Below, one piece after another: positions 44,274 to 57,870 of a stretch of DNA of 64,000 bases (positions are counted from its first letter, which is position 1; the number at the start of each line of letters is the position of its first letter). Source of the stretch: Octopus vulgaris (Eukaryota); assembly GCA_951406725.2 (NCBI GenBank), contig OX597821.1, positions 99,944,001-100,008,000 on the forward strand. The letters run 5' to 3'. A model generated the notes under the pieces. The model was given only the letters and a program-made list of their open reading frames with translations. It did not search any database and was not told the DNA's origin. The translations under genes and the position numbers were made by a program.

Positions 44274-44831
44274 TCTATTCTATAAAATCCGTTCTATCTG
44301 TGTGTGTGTGTGTGTGTCTTCTAGGATCTCCGGCATCCTCCATCCGATTGCGCTCAAATTTTATATGTAGATACCGTCGGTATCAGGGCGTGTATAAGTC
44401 TTGAAAAACTTACAAAAATCGATTCCAGGTGTGAATGCGATCGATAAAGCCGTTTTTGTCCTGCTTTTCTTCCCTCAACCTGTACATAACTGCACCTTCC
44501 ATTTTTTGTTGTTTTTGTACTGCTTAAAGGCACGTTTCTTTCCTGCCAAGCTTACTGTTTAAACCATGTTTGTGTTCTCCCAGTTAACAGCCTTATCATT
44601 ACTGGTACTTCAAACTCTTCAGTTGCATATTTGTGTGAATAAAATCGTTTTTCTTTGGAATAGAAAAAAGTCTATCTTTATTTCTTCTTTTGCTGGTGTC
44701 TCAAATTTAGATTAAATCAGTGTTTCTTAAAGGGGAGGCCAATTGGATGGCCGGACAAGTTGTTTTGAGAAAATTTGGTTTAAATGTTTGACAACTCAGC
44801 ACCGTCCATTGAACTGGGGGAGTTTTGCTCG
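44274..44831 (+). mobile_element. Helitron-like non-autonomous element, copy 2 (internal deletion relative to copy 1)
   Basis: Aligns by eye with 15871-16571 but lacks about 16042-16184. Termini are A|TC...CTCG|T. Confidence 0.7.
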
Positions 44832-45435
44832 TGAAATAATAAAGGTGTTGAGCTGACAGACGGGTCCGAGTACCTTGCAGTACTTAGTTACATCATGTTC
44901 TGAACTGAAAAGTTTGACAACAAATCTTAATACAGTTACCTGGAGTTACTTCAATAAACTCTAATCCGTCTTAACAATTTATGGTCTTGAGCCAGTGCTA
45001 GAATCTAATGTTTATCAGAAATAATGAATATTTAATTGACGTAGAAATATTTATTATGTTAGATAGAACCGTGAAATGACATGTTAAAGCAAGATTAGTG
45101 TAATTATATCAGATTATAAATTCGATGCACTCGGTTATCAAAAGCGGTGATAGTGTTGTTTTAAAGATAGAGGCAAGAATTAGATCGGGTTGAGACGAGT
45201 GAGCATGGTTAGATGAATGCTGGCGAATTAGTGAGGCTGTCTGGATATTGAACTTGTGTTGGAGGCGGTACGTTTTGGCACTGGAGGCAAACGCTTACAC
45301 ACGCACACTGACACATATATATATATATATACGCAGAAATATTCACATACAGATTGATATAGATAGATAGAGACGGAGAGAGAGAGAGAAAGGGGGTGAG
45401 AGAAAAAGATTAAACATACAAACATAATTAGATGC

Positions 45436-45551
45436 TCACAGAGAGAGATAAAGAGAGACAAAGAGAGAGAAAATGAAAGAAAAAATGAGAGAATATGAGA
45501 GAGAGAACAAAAGAGAATGAGAGAGTATGAGAGAAGAGTGATGGGGCGTAT

Positions 45552-45587
<36 letters not shown>

Positions 45588-45767
45588 CATATTATACATT
45601 CATGCAGACGTAACTAAACAGTCACACATAAACAGAAACAGAGAGAAGGAGAGAGAGAGAGAGAAAGAGATAAAGAGAGACAAAGAGAGAGAAAATGAAA
45701 GAAAAAATGAGAGAGAGAACGAAAGAGAATGAGAGAGTATGAGAGGAGAGTGATGGGGCGTATGAGA

Positions 45768-45819
<52 letters not shown>

Positions 45820-46085
45820 CATATTCTACACTCATGCAGACGTAACTAAACAGTCACACAGAAACAGAAACAGAGAGAGGGAGAGAGAGAGGGAGAAAGA
45901 GATAAAGAGAGAGAAAGAAAGAGAAAAGGAAAAAATGAGAGAAAAGGAGACAGAGAGAACAAAAGACAATGAGAGCGTATGAGAGGAGAGTGATGGGACG
46001 TATGTGTGAGAGAGAGAGAGAGAGAAGGAGAGAGAGAGAGAATATTACATATTCATGCTGACGTAACTAAACAGTTATACAGAAA
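45436..46085. repeat. Three tandem ~230-bp GA-rich units
   Basis: Recurring GAGAGTATGAG..GAGTGATGGGGCGTATG-(GA)n-ATATT.TACA.TCATGC.GACGTAACTAAACAGT. Confidence 0.85.
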
Positions 46086-46199
46086 AAGAAAGAGGGAATG
46101 TGTGTGAGAGAGAGAGAGAGAGAGAAAGAGAGAAATAGTGAAAGAGAGAGAGGTGGTGGAGGGAGGACTAGGAAACTATGAAGACGTCTGTTTGATGTC

Positions 46200-46750
46200 G
46201 CTTATTTGTCCTCTCTGATTCGATGCTGTTGAATCATCAACGTCAAAGAAGCGATATCCAATAACGTACGACAGTCATAACTGCCTCTCCAAGAAACGGC
46301 TGAAATATTCTGGAATGCACCTTGTATAGACAACCGTTCGTCTGTATTTTTTATGTGTAAACCGATGTGTCACACATGTTATTCCTAACCGCTATATTTA
46401 TGTGTGAGGATGGGATTAGGGTGTTGCGGCTTGAATTTAAGCAAGAGCTACGACAGGTCGTAAATATTGAGAGTGAGCTATGACAGGTCGTAAATATTGA
46501 GAGTGAGCTATTTTCAAGATTTTCCTGAAATCTTTCAGCATGTACGTTTGTATTCGTCACAATAAATATGTCATCAACATAGCTGGTGTATATAACTGTG
46601 TGTAGATAATTGCGGTTCTGTTTGGGAATAAGTTTATTTTTCATTTTAGCCGTGGAGAATGCTGCGAAAGGACAGCAACGTGTCATTGCAACTCATTATA
46701 ATACAGTACACGAAATAAAATTAGACGGACAAGCATTTGTTGACAGCCTT
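46200..46750 (-). pseudogene. Decayed Penelope-like reverse transcriptase fragment
   Basis: YTSYVDDIFIV...FQENLENSSLSIFT...TSVY matches the PLE RT pattern YxRYVDDIF...FT...TSVY. It contains a 30-bp tandem duplication at about 46445-46510 and stops. Confidence 0.6.
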
Positions 46751-49125
46751 CGTAGAATTTGATGCTGTTTTCGTTAGTAGATCATTGATTGTGTTTGTGC
46801 TTCGGCAATCCAGATAAATACACCAGCGTTTGTGAGTTGTAATCTAATATACTTCGACATATATACACTAATACCGCACTTTTTACGAGGAACCGCTTTA
46901 CGAAACCCCAAATCTACGAGTTTTTACGAGTATTATTTTCTGTTTATGAGTTTTCGCTTTACGAGCGTTCTCTGGGAGCGAATTAACTCGTATACCGAGG
47001 CATTACAGTACGCTTCCACGCGATACACACACTGCTTGTATAGCTGTTATATATCCCTCATTAATTGATTAAATCCTACTAGATATTGACAGTAAACTAA
47101 CCTATGATCGGCAAACGGGAAAGCAAGCCCTGTACGTGGTCGCTCGACTCACAAGAAATAGCAGAAATATTAATTTCCTTAATATTGCCTTGAGAAAAAA
47201 AAGGTAAAGAAAAAATTGTAGTCCTAATGTAGTCTGTGCTATACGATGTCTGAAAACAAATAGGGGTTTCTCACAGATGGTCACAACAACAACAAATATA
47301 ATAACAGCAACGATGACAATGTCAGATTAACCAAAGAAATGTACACCTGATAAGCAAAAATAATCCTTTCTACTATGGGCACACGGCCAAGATTTTGTGG
47401 GGAGGGGAATAGTCGATCACAACGACCCCAGTTCTCGACTGCTACTTAATTTATCGACCCAGAAAATATGAAAGGCAAAGTTGATCTCGGCGGAATTTGA
47501 TCTCAGAATTTAACGACTGGCGAAACACCTATTTTTTTACTACCCACAAGGGGCTAAACACAGAGTACAAACAAGGATAGACAAAGGGATTAAGTCGATT
47601 ATATCGACCCCAGTGCGTAACTGGTACTTATTTAATCGACCCCGAAAGGATGAAAGGCAAAGTCGACCTCAGCGGAATTTGAACTCAGAACGCAGCGGCG
47701 GACGAAATACGGTTACGCATATCGCCCGGCGTGCTAACGTTTCTGCCAGTTCGTCGCCTTAAACACTAACTAAATATATTAAGCGTTCTTTGTAGCTTTG
47801 CATATTGTGAATATCTAAGAAATCCTTAGTAATTAACTCTGAGATTCTCAAGTAATTAAGATTCAGTGAATATTATTAACATGAAAAAGAAACAACTTTC
47901 TGAAACATGCTTTCATTCTTTAATTTACAGAATTTAAAACTTAGCTAACAGCTTGTCAATTTCTAATGTAACTTCTCAATTTCCAGTTCTATTAGCGTTT
48001 CGTCACTTCTATATTACACAAGATACTTATAAATAGACAGAGACAAGAACGGTTCAGTGCCTTGTTCCAAAGAACGAACTTCACCAATAAACTGACGATG
48101 GCCATCGGGGTGAAAGGTCAACACCTTACTCACTAAACCATAACGTCTCTTTTTGACTTTGTCCAGAGCTTACGATAAAGATATCGATTTATCAACTCAA
48201 TAAAAGAGACTTTCATGTGCCACATTTAATGATTATATACATATAAGCTAAGATTTCTTAATTTGTTTTGATAAATTTATTTCCAATATCTAATTAAGAA
48301 GCTTATTCGATTTCTTCTCGAATATTCTTTGCTATTCAATAAATTTCTATCAGCATTTTGTTGTAAATATTGTATGATCTATCTTTGAAATTTCTTTATA
48401 CCTACATCTAAAAAATATTTCTATATTTCTTATTGATGAAAGAATCTCCATAAAGAGCACTGTAAAAAAAAATTAAAGAGAGGAAATATATGAAATATAT
48501 AAGAAATATATGAAGATTTACTGATGCCTTCAGTTTCAATTTTCTTAGAATACAATCTCAAAATTGAATGAAAGCTAATGAAAATTCTGTTTACTTCTAA
48601 AGGGTTTAAAATGATTCTTTTCGAGATGTTTAAATGTACTTAGAACGAATATTATCATATCGGAGTAAATCTATTAGATACGTAAATATAGTGTTACAAA
48701 ATAACTTCTGGCACGCACACATACGTCACGTGTCCATGTATAGACTTTCACAAAGGTATTTATATATTTTTACACATGAACACACACACACACACACACA
48801 CACACACGTACACATATAGATACATGTACATAGATTCGTAGCGCAAGCATATATCCGCTTAGACATATATAAAAGAAAGAGATATTTATGAATAAATTTT
48901 ACTACATCTATTAGGTACTTTTGTCTCCTATTTACAAATTATATCGGATTATGTATGCGTGTATTATATGTTGCACGTATGTACGTGTATGCGAACATCA
49001 TACATGTATGCATCCATATACACATCTCTCTCTTTTCTCTCTCTGTCTTACTCTCTCTCTCTCTATATGTATATATATATATATATACATACACACATGC
49101 ATACATATATATATATGGATATATG

Positions 49126-49188
<63 letters not shown>

Positions 49189-50051
49189 GTGTGTGTATGT
49201 GTGTATTAAAGCACAATACGGCAGAATGGTTCAGAAGTTCCGTATGCAACCAGGAGGTCGCAGGTTCAATTCATCTGTGAGCCGTCTTGGAATAATATAA
49301 TTTTCTATACCTTCGCGAGGACCCATACCTTGTGATTTAAACTGAGCAACCGGAAACTATATAGAATCCCTGCAGAGTGAATTGTACGTATAATTCTAAT
49401 GGTAAACACCTTGGCACTTATTGTGTCACGCTAATTCTACCTGAGAATTATGTTAAGGGAACACGTGTCTGTGGAATACTCAACTACCAATACGTCCATT
49501 CAAGGGCAGGTAATTCAGTTGCGCAAATCCTCTTCGTCGAACAACAACGAAGATCCACCGCCATACATTCGTGCATAAAATGTATCGTACACATAAAGGC
49601 TCTGCGGTTAAGAAGCTCGCTTTGCAATCATATAGTTTTGAGTTCAGTCCCACCTCGCGGCGCCTTGAGCAAGTATCTTATACTATAGCCCTGCCATGAC
49701 CTGTGCCTTGTAAGTGCGTTTGTTAGATAGAAACTGTGTGGAAGCCCGTCCTACATCTATTTCGATTTATGCGTGTGTGCTTGCGTCTGTGATTATTAAC
49801 TACCCACCTCACCGCTTGACCACCGGTGTTGGTTTGATCACGTCCCCATAACTTAGCAGTTCAGTAAGCGAGATCCACAGAATGAGAACTAGATTTAAAC
49901 TTAAGTTTAAGTACTGGGGTCGATTTCTTCGACAGAATCTTTCAAGACATTACCCCAGCATGGCCACAGTTCAATGGTCTGAAACAAGTAAGAGATAAAT
50001 GAATATGTATCCAATTGTATTTATGTGTGATTACGTAGATACTTTTCTTGC

Positions 50052-50385
50052 ACATTATTTACATTATTTACATTTGACGGATATTTGTCCTCATCTTGTT
50101 TGTTGTTAACGCAACATTTCGGCTGATATACGCTTCATCAGGTGTCTTGAGTAAATTTCGAACCTGATTGGTAAATTATACAGTAATATGACTGATTAAA
50201 AAGAAAACTGAAATGCCTTGTCCGAAGAAACAATGTACTACCCTCTCCAGGAACTGAACCAGCGCTCCCACGATGCTCAGTCTAAGATCCTAACAACAAG
50301 GTTGGAGGGTATATCTGCCGAAACGTTGTGTTAACAACGAACAAGATGACGGCACATATCCGTCAAATGTAAATAATGTAAATAA
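50052..50385. mobile_element. Inverted pair of Penelope-like terminal fragments, each with part of a hammerhead
   Basis: ~78-bp inverted arms (50052-50131 and 50309-50385). Left copy (minus): GACAC-CUGAUGA...CAGCC-GAAAU-GUU. Right copy (plus): AGGUUGGAGGGUAUAUCUGCC-GAAAC-GUU-GUGUU. Confidence 0.65.
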
Positions 50386-51289
50386 TTCTTCGTCTGTTAA
50401 ATATAGAACTATATTATTTTTCTTGTTTTCAACACACTGAGAATATTACAGTACAAGGTATATGCCCATTTTGGATTGATGGCGCCCATCATTTTTTAAA
50501 GGGCTTCTGAGATTGGCGGAAGGAAGTTTTTCATGGACCAGAAACCCAACCTGAATTCTCGTAACAAGGCAGATCCCACTTAAGGTGCTCAGAGAACGGG
50601 TGGAGGTATTAAATCGGGTGGTGGATTAGGTCTGCTACCCGAGAACAGAAATTGTCCCTCCGACCAGCTTACACATTGTTCTTATCTACCAAATTTCATT
50701 CATAATTAGAAGGCCTTTGTCCAATGTGCTATGCAATGGGATCGAACCTGAAATAGTGTAGTTGCGAAGTGAACTTTTTAACTACACGGTTGTGTCAGCT
50801 TCGTAGTATCAACTAAATAAATTAAGCTTTTCTAAAAAAAAAATAATAATAAATAAAGGAATTGAAACTTTTGCAAAACTTCTAGCTCTTGGGAGGAATT
50901 ACGATGATGTGACGGCTACTTGAAGACAAAAAACAAAAAAGAGAAAAAACTAAATGTACAGAGAGAAGAGAGAGAGATGGTGGTGGGGGAAGGGGGAGAA
51001 AGAGATAAGAGAGAAAGAGAACTGGGAAAAAAAGAGTTAAAGAAGTTGAAATGAGATGAACACGATAGAATATATATTAAAGAAGAGACAAGAAAAACGA
51101 CGCCGAGGTAAAAAAAACAAGGAAGATAAAATAGAAAGCTGTGAACACGAATATTATCATAATTCTGTGCAATAAATAAATCTGTATTACTTTTTATTTC
51201 TGTACGTCTTGTAGTTTGGTAAGTTTTTATATGAAATGGTAGACATTTTTATAACATTTGGCGGAAGTTGAAACAGGTAACATACTTAC

Positions 51290-51372
51290 AGCTGCCTAAC
51301 TCAAGTGGACATTGCTGTGTATCCATTGGGAAGTTTTCCAGATGCATCTTACAGCTTGCACGGACAGTTAAT
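51290..51372 (-). CDS. Internal exon (83 bp) of a Cys-loop ligand-gated ion channel, GABA-A receptor alpha-like/GRD-type subunit: Cys-loop exon
   Basis: Minus strand reads cctgtctctttcag|A TTA ACT GTC...GGC AGC T|gtaagt = (R)[27 protein letters not shown]. It has the C-x13-C signature with FPMD and closely resembles GABA-A alpha [28 protein letters not shown]. The 83-bp length and phase 2/1 match the conserved GABA/glycine receptor exon. Splice sites are canonical. Confidence 0.96.
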
Positions 51373-54300
51373 CTGAAAGAGACAGGTTGAGATTTCAGAA
51401 AGAATAGAAGGTAATTCTAAAGGTAACACCTATTTCCTATATATACATGTGTGTGTGTGCGTGTGTGTGCGTGCGTGTGTGTGCATGTGTGTCTGTGTAT
51501 CTGTATATATATAATATAATATTATATTATATTATTTTATATTATATTATATTATATGATATATATATATATAAAACATTAATAATCATTTCTACTGGAA
51601 GCATAATGCCTCAAATTTGTGGAGAGGGGACTAGTCGATTACATTGACAGTGTTTCACTGGTACTTATTTTATCGACCCCGAAAGGATGAGAGGCAAAAT
51701 CGTCTCGGCGGAATTTGAACTCAGGACAAAGCGATGGGCGAAATACCTATTTCTTTACTGCCCACAAGGGGCTGCACACAGAGGGGACAAACAAGGACAG
51801 ACAAACGGATTAAGTCGATTACATCGACCCCAGCACGCAACTGGTACTTATTTAATAGACCCCGAAAGGATGAAAGGCGAAGTCGACCTCGGCGGAATTT
51901 GAACTCAGAACAAAGCGACGGGCGAAATACCACTAAGCATTTCGCCCAGCGTGCTAACTATTCTGCCAGCTCGCCACCTTATATATAACATTAATAAACC
52001 TTTCTACCATAGGCACAAGACCTGAAATTGGAGGAGAGAGGTAGTCGATTACATCGACCTCAGTACTCAACTGGTACTTGATTTATCGACCCCGAAAAGA
52101 TAAAAAGCAGAGTCAACCACGGCAAAATTTGAACTCAGAACATAGCGACGGGCGAAATACCACTAAGCATTTCGCCCGGCGTGCTAACGTTTCTGCCAGC
52201 TCGCCGCCTTATATATAACATTATTAATGATAAGGAGAATAGAGATATTGCATATCCATAATTTTATCTAACAGTTATTTACTGCATATTTTCCGGAACT
52301 ACACGTGTTTCAAATGCAGCGACTGCCCACTGTTGGATATGCAATCTAGTATTATGGTCGGTGGATTTTCGTCAGAGTCCTTCACCCTAGACCGTTTCGA
52401 AGTAAAACTGAAGGAACTATAAAAATAACGTGTAAGAAATTACATCTTAGACAATACGATGTTTTCTCGCATATATAAAAACATGGGATGTTCAAGTCAC
52501 GTGTTAATTTAACCTCTGCATATTATTGGTACCATTTATGTACTTATCCATGTATATCGAAAAACAAAGAACGACCGTAATGTACTAGATACAGTATGCT
52601 GCTTAGTCCCACACATTCCCTAATAATACGTGGCCTTGTTGTTGGGGTCTTAGACTGAGCGTCGTGTGAGCATTGGTTCAGTTCCTGGAGAGGGCGGCAC
52701 ATTGTTTCTTCGGATAAGGCATTTAATTTTCTTTTTAATCAGTCACATTACGGTATAATTTAGCAACGGAAGCAGTATTTGTAACGAATACCGGTCTGTA
52801 AGAATCATATTGTGAAAACGCTAAACGTCTAAAAGAGGTACTTTCTCAAGGCGAATACTGCAGTGTATAGCGTTATTACAGTTCGTCCATGTTAAGTCGG
52901 ATGTGCAGATCGATCTTAGGGAAATCAGAGGGAAAGGGTTGCATTCGTGTGCGTGACAAATGAGGAAAAAAACCCCCAAACTCTCTTATTTTTATACTTA
53001 TTCTCACTTTATATAAATACAAAAACTATGATTGTTAGTCTCTCGCACAATGAAATTTATATTTTCATAATCGGAAAGTGCCTAAAACTTTTTTGTATCC
53101 GGTGTGAGCGTAAATTCATTTGAGATATCCGCATTGTACAAATGTACATCGATTGATGATGTTCGCTTTTCTCAAATGAAACATCACTTGATGCTGACCG
53201 TTTAAGGGTTGATAAATCGCATTACTATCTAAACTGGAGCTAATCCTTGGATCTGACGAAATGATTTCTAACGTAGGTATAAGCTCTGAAATTTGGTGAA
53301 TTGATATAGCGGTTATATCTCCCTCAGTACTTTATTTCATTGCTGATGAAAGAGAAAGTCAAACCTGGCAGGAATAGAATCTTATGTAAATAGTCTTAGC
53401 TGTTAGATGCTCTACAGTTTCAGTTAATCTTCCTCCCTTGTCTCATGTAATATATTAATCCATTATCTATTTTATCAATCTAATTAAACATATCTATAAT
53501 TTCTCTCAAATCTGCTGTTACTGTGTCTGTCTATAGATTTTATACCCCCCACACAAAAACACGTTGCAGGTTATTACGAACCAATGAGAATTTGAGTCTC
53601 CGTATGATCGATCGCACTTCAAGGGGTAGCAGTTACATCTCCCTTAAATTAAATGATACTGTCATATAAAAACGAAATCGATACTGGGTCGTATGGTACT
53701 ACATGCATTGTTAGAACCAGGTTTCTCAATGAATGCGATTTGGCACCCCGCCCAAGTGGAAATGGAATTTTTAGGAGCGAAAAGGGAAGAATATTTTACT
53801 GAAGTAAAACGTAGGTTATCAATCTTTTCAAACACTTTTCAGGGTATGTATTATGCTGATGATGACGTTGAAGGGCGCTGACCCGTATGAAAAGAAGTGG
53901 GAGAGGGCCGTTGTTCATTCTAAAGACTATTTAACCTTTTCCTTGACCTCTAAGACCCATTAGGCTGGTTACCCGGTTTCTATGGAATGTAAGTGACTGA
54001 AATAACACTACTGCCCCCTAACGGAACGCCGGTCCGTGGCAGAGCACAAGGCCAGCAATTTTGAGAGGATTCCTTGACTAGTATTTTATCAAACTGGAAA
54101 TGATGACAAGCTAAGTCGATTACATCGACCCCAGTGCTCAACTGGTACTTTTTTTGTCGACCCCAAAAGAATGAAAGGCAAATTGATCTCAGCGGGACTT
54201 GAGCCCAGAATGTAAAAAGCCAGAAGAAATGTCGCTCAACATTTTGTGCTTTGTGCTAACGGTTCCGCCATCACGCCGCCTTTCTAAACATTGTTAGGTA

Positions 54301-55339
54301 GACAATAATCAGTTCTTATGTAATTAAACACATGTTCATTTTCATGTCATCATTTATTATCAACTATTTCTTTTTCTGTTCTGCTGCTTCTTGATTTTAG
54401 CGTTTGTCCCTTATTTTATGTGTAAAAACTCCTTTGTCTCTTTTTAATTACTTAATTAAACTCTTCAGTTCGTAATCGTGCAGCTTAACAATAAAACTGA
54501 GTCATGAATGTTTGCTCTTGTATATGATTAAACAAATTAAAACTGAATACAAACAGATCTATAAATGTAATTTTCCTTTGAAAATACAGCATGATTTCTG
54601 GTTAAAGACGCATCATTGACCTAGTTCTCTAGAGTGAGGCAACTTTATCATAAATCTGAGCTTTACTTCTAAACGATAAAATGAACTCCTTTTACATTCT
54701 GAGTTCAAATGCTGCCGGCCTCAGCTTTGGATTTCGATAAAAAATAAGTTCCAGTATTGTACTGAGGCTAATTTAATCAAGTACGTCTTCGCCTCGAATG
54801 TGTGGTCTGATGATTATATTAGACATCTGTATTTTTTTGTGCAGTTTTAGAGGTTTTATATACGAAAATATCGCCTTAAATGGCAACTTGTATAACTGGC
54901 ACCGTAACAAAATAGTGATCCCACTTGTTAAGTCTATCTGTTACTTTGATAGTTCTTGTTAAAGAGTGTGTCAGAAAGACAAAAATTGTGTGTTTAGTGT
55001 GAGAAGATCCATATACTGATTCCACAACTTAATTAATGAGATATCTAACCTTTTTTCAGATTTCGTGTATTTTTAAATACCTTATCGCCGTCACATTTAT
55101 ATTGTAATTGCATAATGATAATATACGAGACTCTTTAAGAAAAGCATTCTGTCAATACCTTGTGAAAACTGTTTTAGAGTTTTACTAAAAGACTTCTCAA
55201 TAATACCCCATAACCCCCACCCCCAAACTGTTTTTTTCTAAAATGCGGTTTTAAAATATCAAGTCTTCAGATAATTTGAAAAGGAATAGTACAAATATAA
55301 CTAAGACTGACAAAGAAAATGAAAACCATTTTTAAGCAG

Positions 55340-57870
55340 CATTGTAACTCAGGCTTATGCTTAAAAGAAGAAAAAAAATTGATGAAACCCTTATAGTTTT
55401 CCTTCCTGTGAGATTGCAAAAATCGTTGCAAAAAAAACAAAAAAAAAAAAAAAAACCGAAATGGTTGTCGTCATACAATCATTGTAAAGGTCATAAAACC
55501 TGTATGAAAAAAACTTATTTGAAATGTCATGCATGGAGATCCTTCAGATCTTTTTTTAAGTGCTTGCTATTAAGCATCGATTCAAATTGGAGAGAAATTT
55601 TTGAAATACCTGGAAATATTGAAGAGCAGCGAGTTGACAGTTTGCAAAAAATAAGATATTTCCCAGTTCAGCTTGATGAGCCCGCCATTGTTGATAACAA
55701 GGCCCTTGTCATGGCGTATGGACGTTATTTTAATGATGGTTGTAAATCGAAAGAAGGTATATTATTTGTAAAATGCCTAGCGCCTTACACTACTAGACAA
55801 ACTATATTGCCTTGAAAAAGGGGCAACCCTTTATTGGGAAGCAGGCCGCTTGAGATATGACTCATCATCAGGCGGGCCACACTACTCAAAGATGTGAAAG
55901 TACTTTTTCGTCAGGCAGGCTTATCATTAATTCCCGTGGGCTGCAGGTTACCTGTGATTGTTTTAAAATTTTGAATTGACGAATATAAAGTTCTATTACA
56001 AAATTTGATATCGATTTCCACGGATGGTGCTATTTGAATGTTTAGAAGGCATAAAAGCCTCACAGAAAGTTTTAAAAAGCATATATCCTGGTGTCACTGA
56101 GAAAATACATGGTATTGTTTACGGACGCAAACTTGTAACAAAACAAATAAGTTAAGTTCTACATTATTCGCTTTGTATAGTTATTAAAACTATCAATGAA
56201 ATATCACACCACAAATACGATTGCTTATTCATGAAGTTTTGTTCTGATAATAATGAACAGTATGTGGAGCTTCTTGTCTTACACACGGAAGTCAAATAGT
56301 TCGCTCTTCAAAGGAAATTGCTTAGTAAGATTTATAAGCCCTTTTGATACCATCGTTAGAGAGGGAAGAGGACGGAAATATTGTTAAGAAGTAAGGAAAC
56401 GAAAATAACATTTATTATCTAGCTCGGATATTTCAAAAGCTTAAGATGAGATCTCTTTTTACATCAAGGGAAATTCGTTATATTGATTGATTGATTGTAA
56501 AACTGTATTGAATACATTTACTGAAAAAACAAAAACAAAAACAAAAAAAACTGCATTGAAAATATTTACTGAAAAATTGGAAAATTTTAGAACATTTTAA
56601 AAAAGAAAACAGAAAAAGACGGCAACCATATTTAACGGCTTGTCTGAGTTGGCAGAAATTTGTGTGTGTTGTTTTAATTTTTACTTTTAATAAAAGGGAT
56701 TTGAAAAAGAAAAAAAATCTGGACGCTTATCATAGCTAAAAACTGACAGAAGATTCTTTGCTTTTTATTCCTTTCAAGTAAAACCAAGGATGAAGTAAAT
56801 CCATTTTAAATTGTGATGTTGGATCAACTGAAGAAGTAATTCGAGAAGAAATAATTGAATTACGATGCAGCGAAGAACACAAAAATACATTTATGGTAAT
56901 GCAGTGAAGATTTAACTCTGATCTTTAAAACACTGCATGTAATATATTATATCCAGGATTACGGACCGGAATCATCATCATCATCCTCATCACCACCACC
57001 ACCACCACCACCACCACCACCACCACCACCACCATCATCATCATCATTATCATCATCATCATCATCACCGTCGTATTCGTGGTGGTGGTGGTGGTGGTCG
57101 CCATCGTCGCCGCTGCCGTCGTCGTCGTCATGGTCTCCATTTTTAAAGTACACCTTCCAATGTTTGCATGGGTTAGAAAGAATTCATCCAAGCAGATTTT
57201 CCTACAGCCTGATCTCATTTCTGGCACTATCTGTCGCCCGTTTAGAAGTAAATAATATTTCACCACGATCAGGCATGTTTTTGCGGAAGATCGGAAACGA
57301 ACGACACCGCTTGTATGGCAATGGCACTCATTTACAACTAACACGATGTACCAAGCCAGGAAAACATAAACACATGCACATACATACTCATATTCATGCC
57401 TCGCAACAGGCATCTTTTTAGTTTCCATTAACCAAATCCACTCACAAGGCTTTGGCCGACTCGGAGACTTGTCCAATGTTCTATGCAGTGGGACCGAACC
57501 TAGTACCATGCGGTTAGGAAGCGAATTTCTTAACCACACAGTCATGGTTAAAATAACGATCTGTTTCCTAGCATTATTCGTAGTTAAAACTAGGCATGGC
57601 TAAAATAATGGTCTGTTTCCTAGCATCATACATAAATTAAAACTAGGCTTAAATCAACGAGTAAATTTCAAATGATTGAATAAATGCAAAAGAGGAGACA
57701 TAAGAATTAAGCTCAGCAATGTTGGACTGAAAATTGTATATTTAGAAGAAAAACATTAATCTCAAGGAATTCATTAAATAAAAATTTTACATATTTTTCG
57801 GAAGTTAGGAACAGAGTTGACGAAAATATCTTCAAAGGCGTGTTGGTTAAAAATTTGTTTAGAACCACTG
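55340..57870 (+). mobile_element. Decayed hAT (Buster/Charlie/ZBED5-like) transposon with nested insertions
   Basis: FPVQLDE...VMAYGRY...EGILFVKCL, ISISTDGA, LHTEVK and a C-terminal LSN...KH.SQGIH*. Right TIR GTTTAGAACCACTG ends at 57870. It is interrupted by a MITE (~55818-55955) and by a retroposon/SINE (~56970-57545). The left end is not defined. Confidence 0.75.

Noticed and set aside
51290-51372. Possibility that the gene is a cephalopod chemotactile receptor or nAChR
   Set aside because: RLTVRA-C-MHLE-FPMD and GSFGY...LNQFDL are GABA/glycine-family motifs. The nAChR-type FPFD and GSW are absent.
55357-55815. 152-aa ORF as a domesticated ZBED/SCAND gene
   Set aside because: The surrounding transposase is full of stops, frameshifts and nested insertions.
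57544-57648. ~52-bp tandem duplication
   Set aside because: Two diverged units inside a decayed hAT element, consistent with ordinary local duplication.
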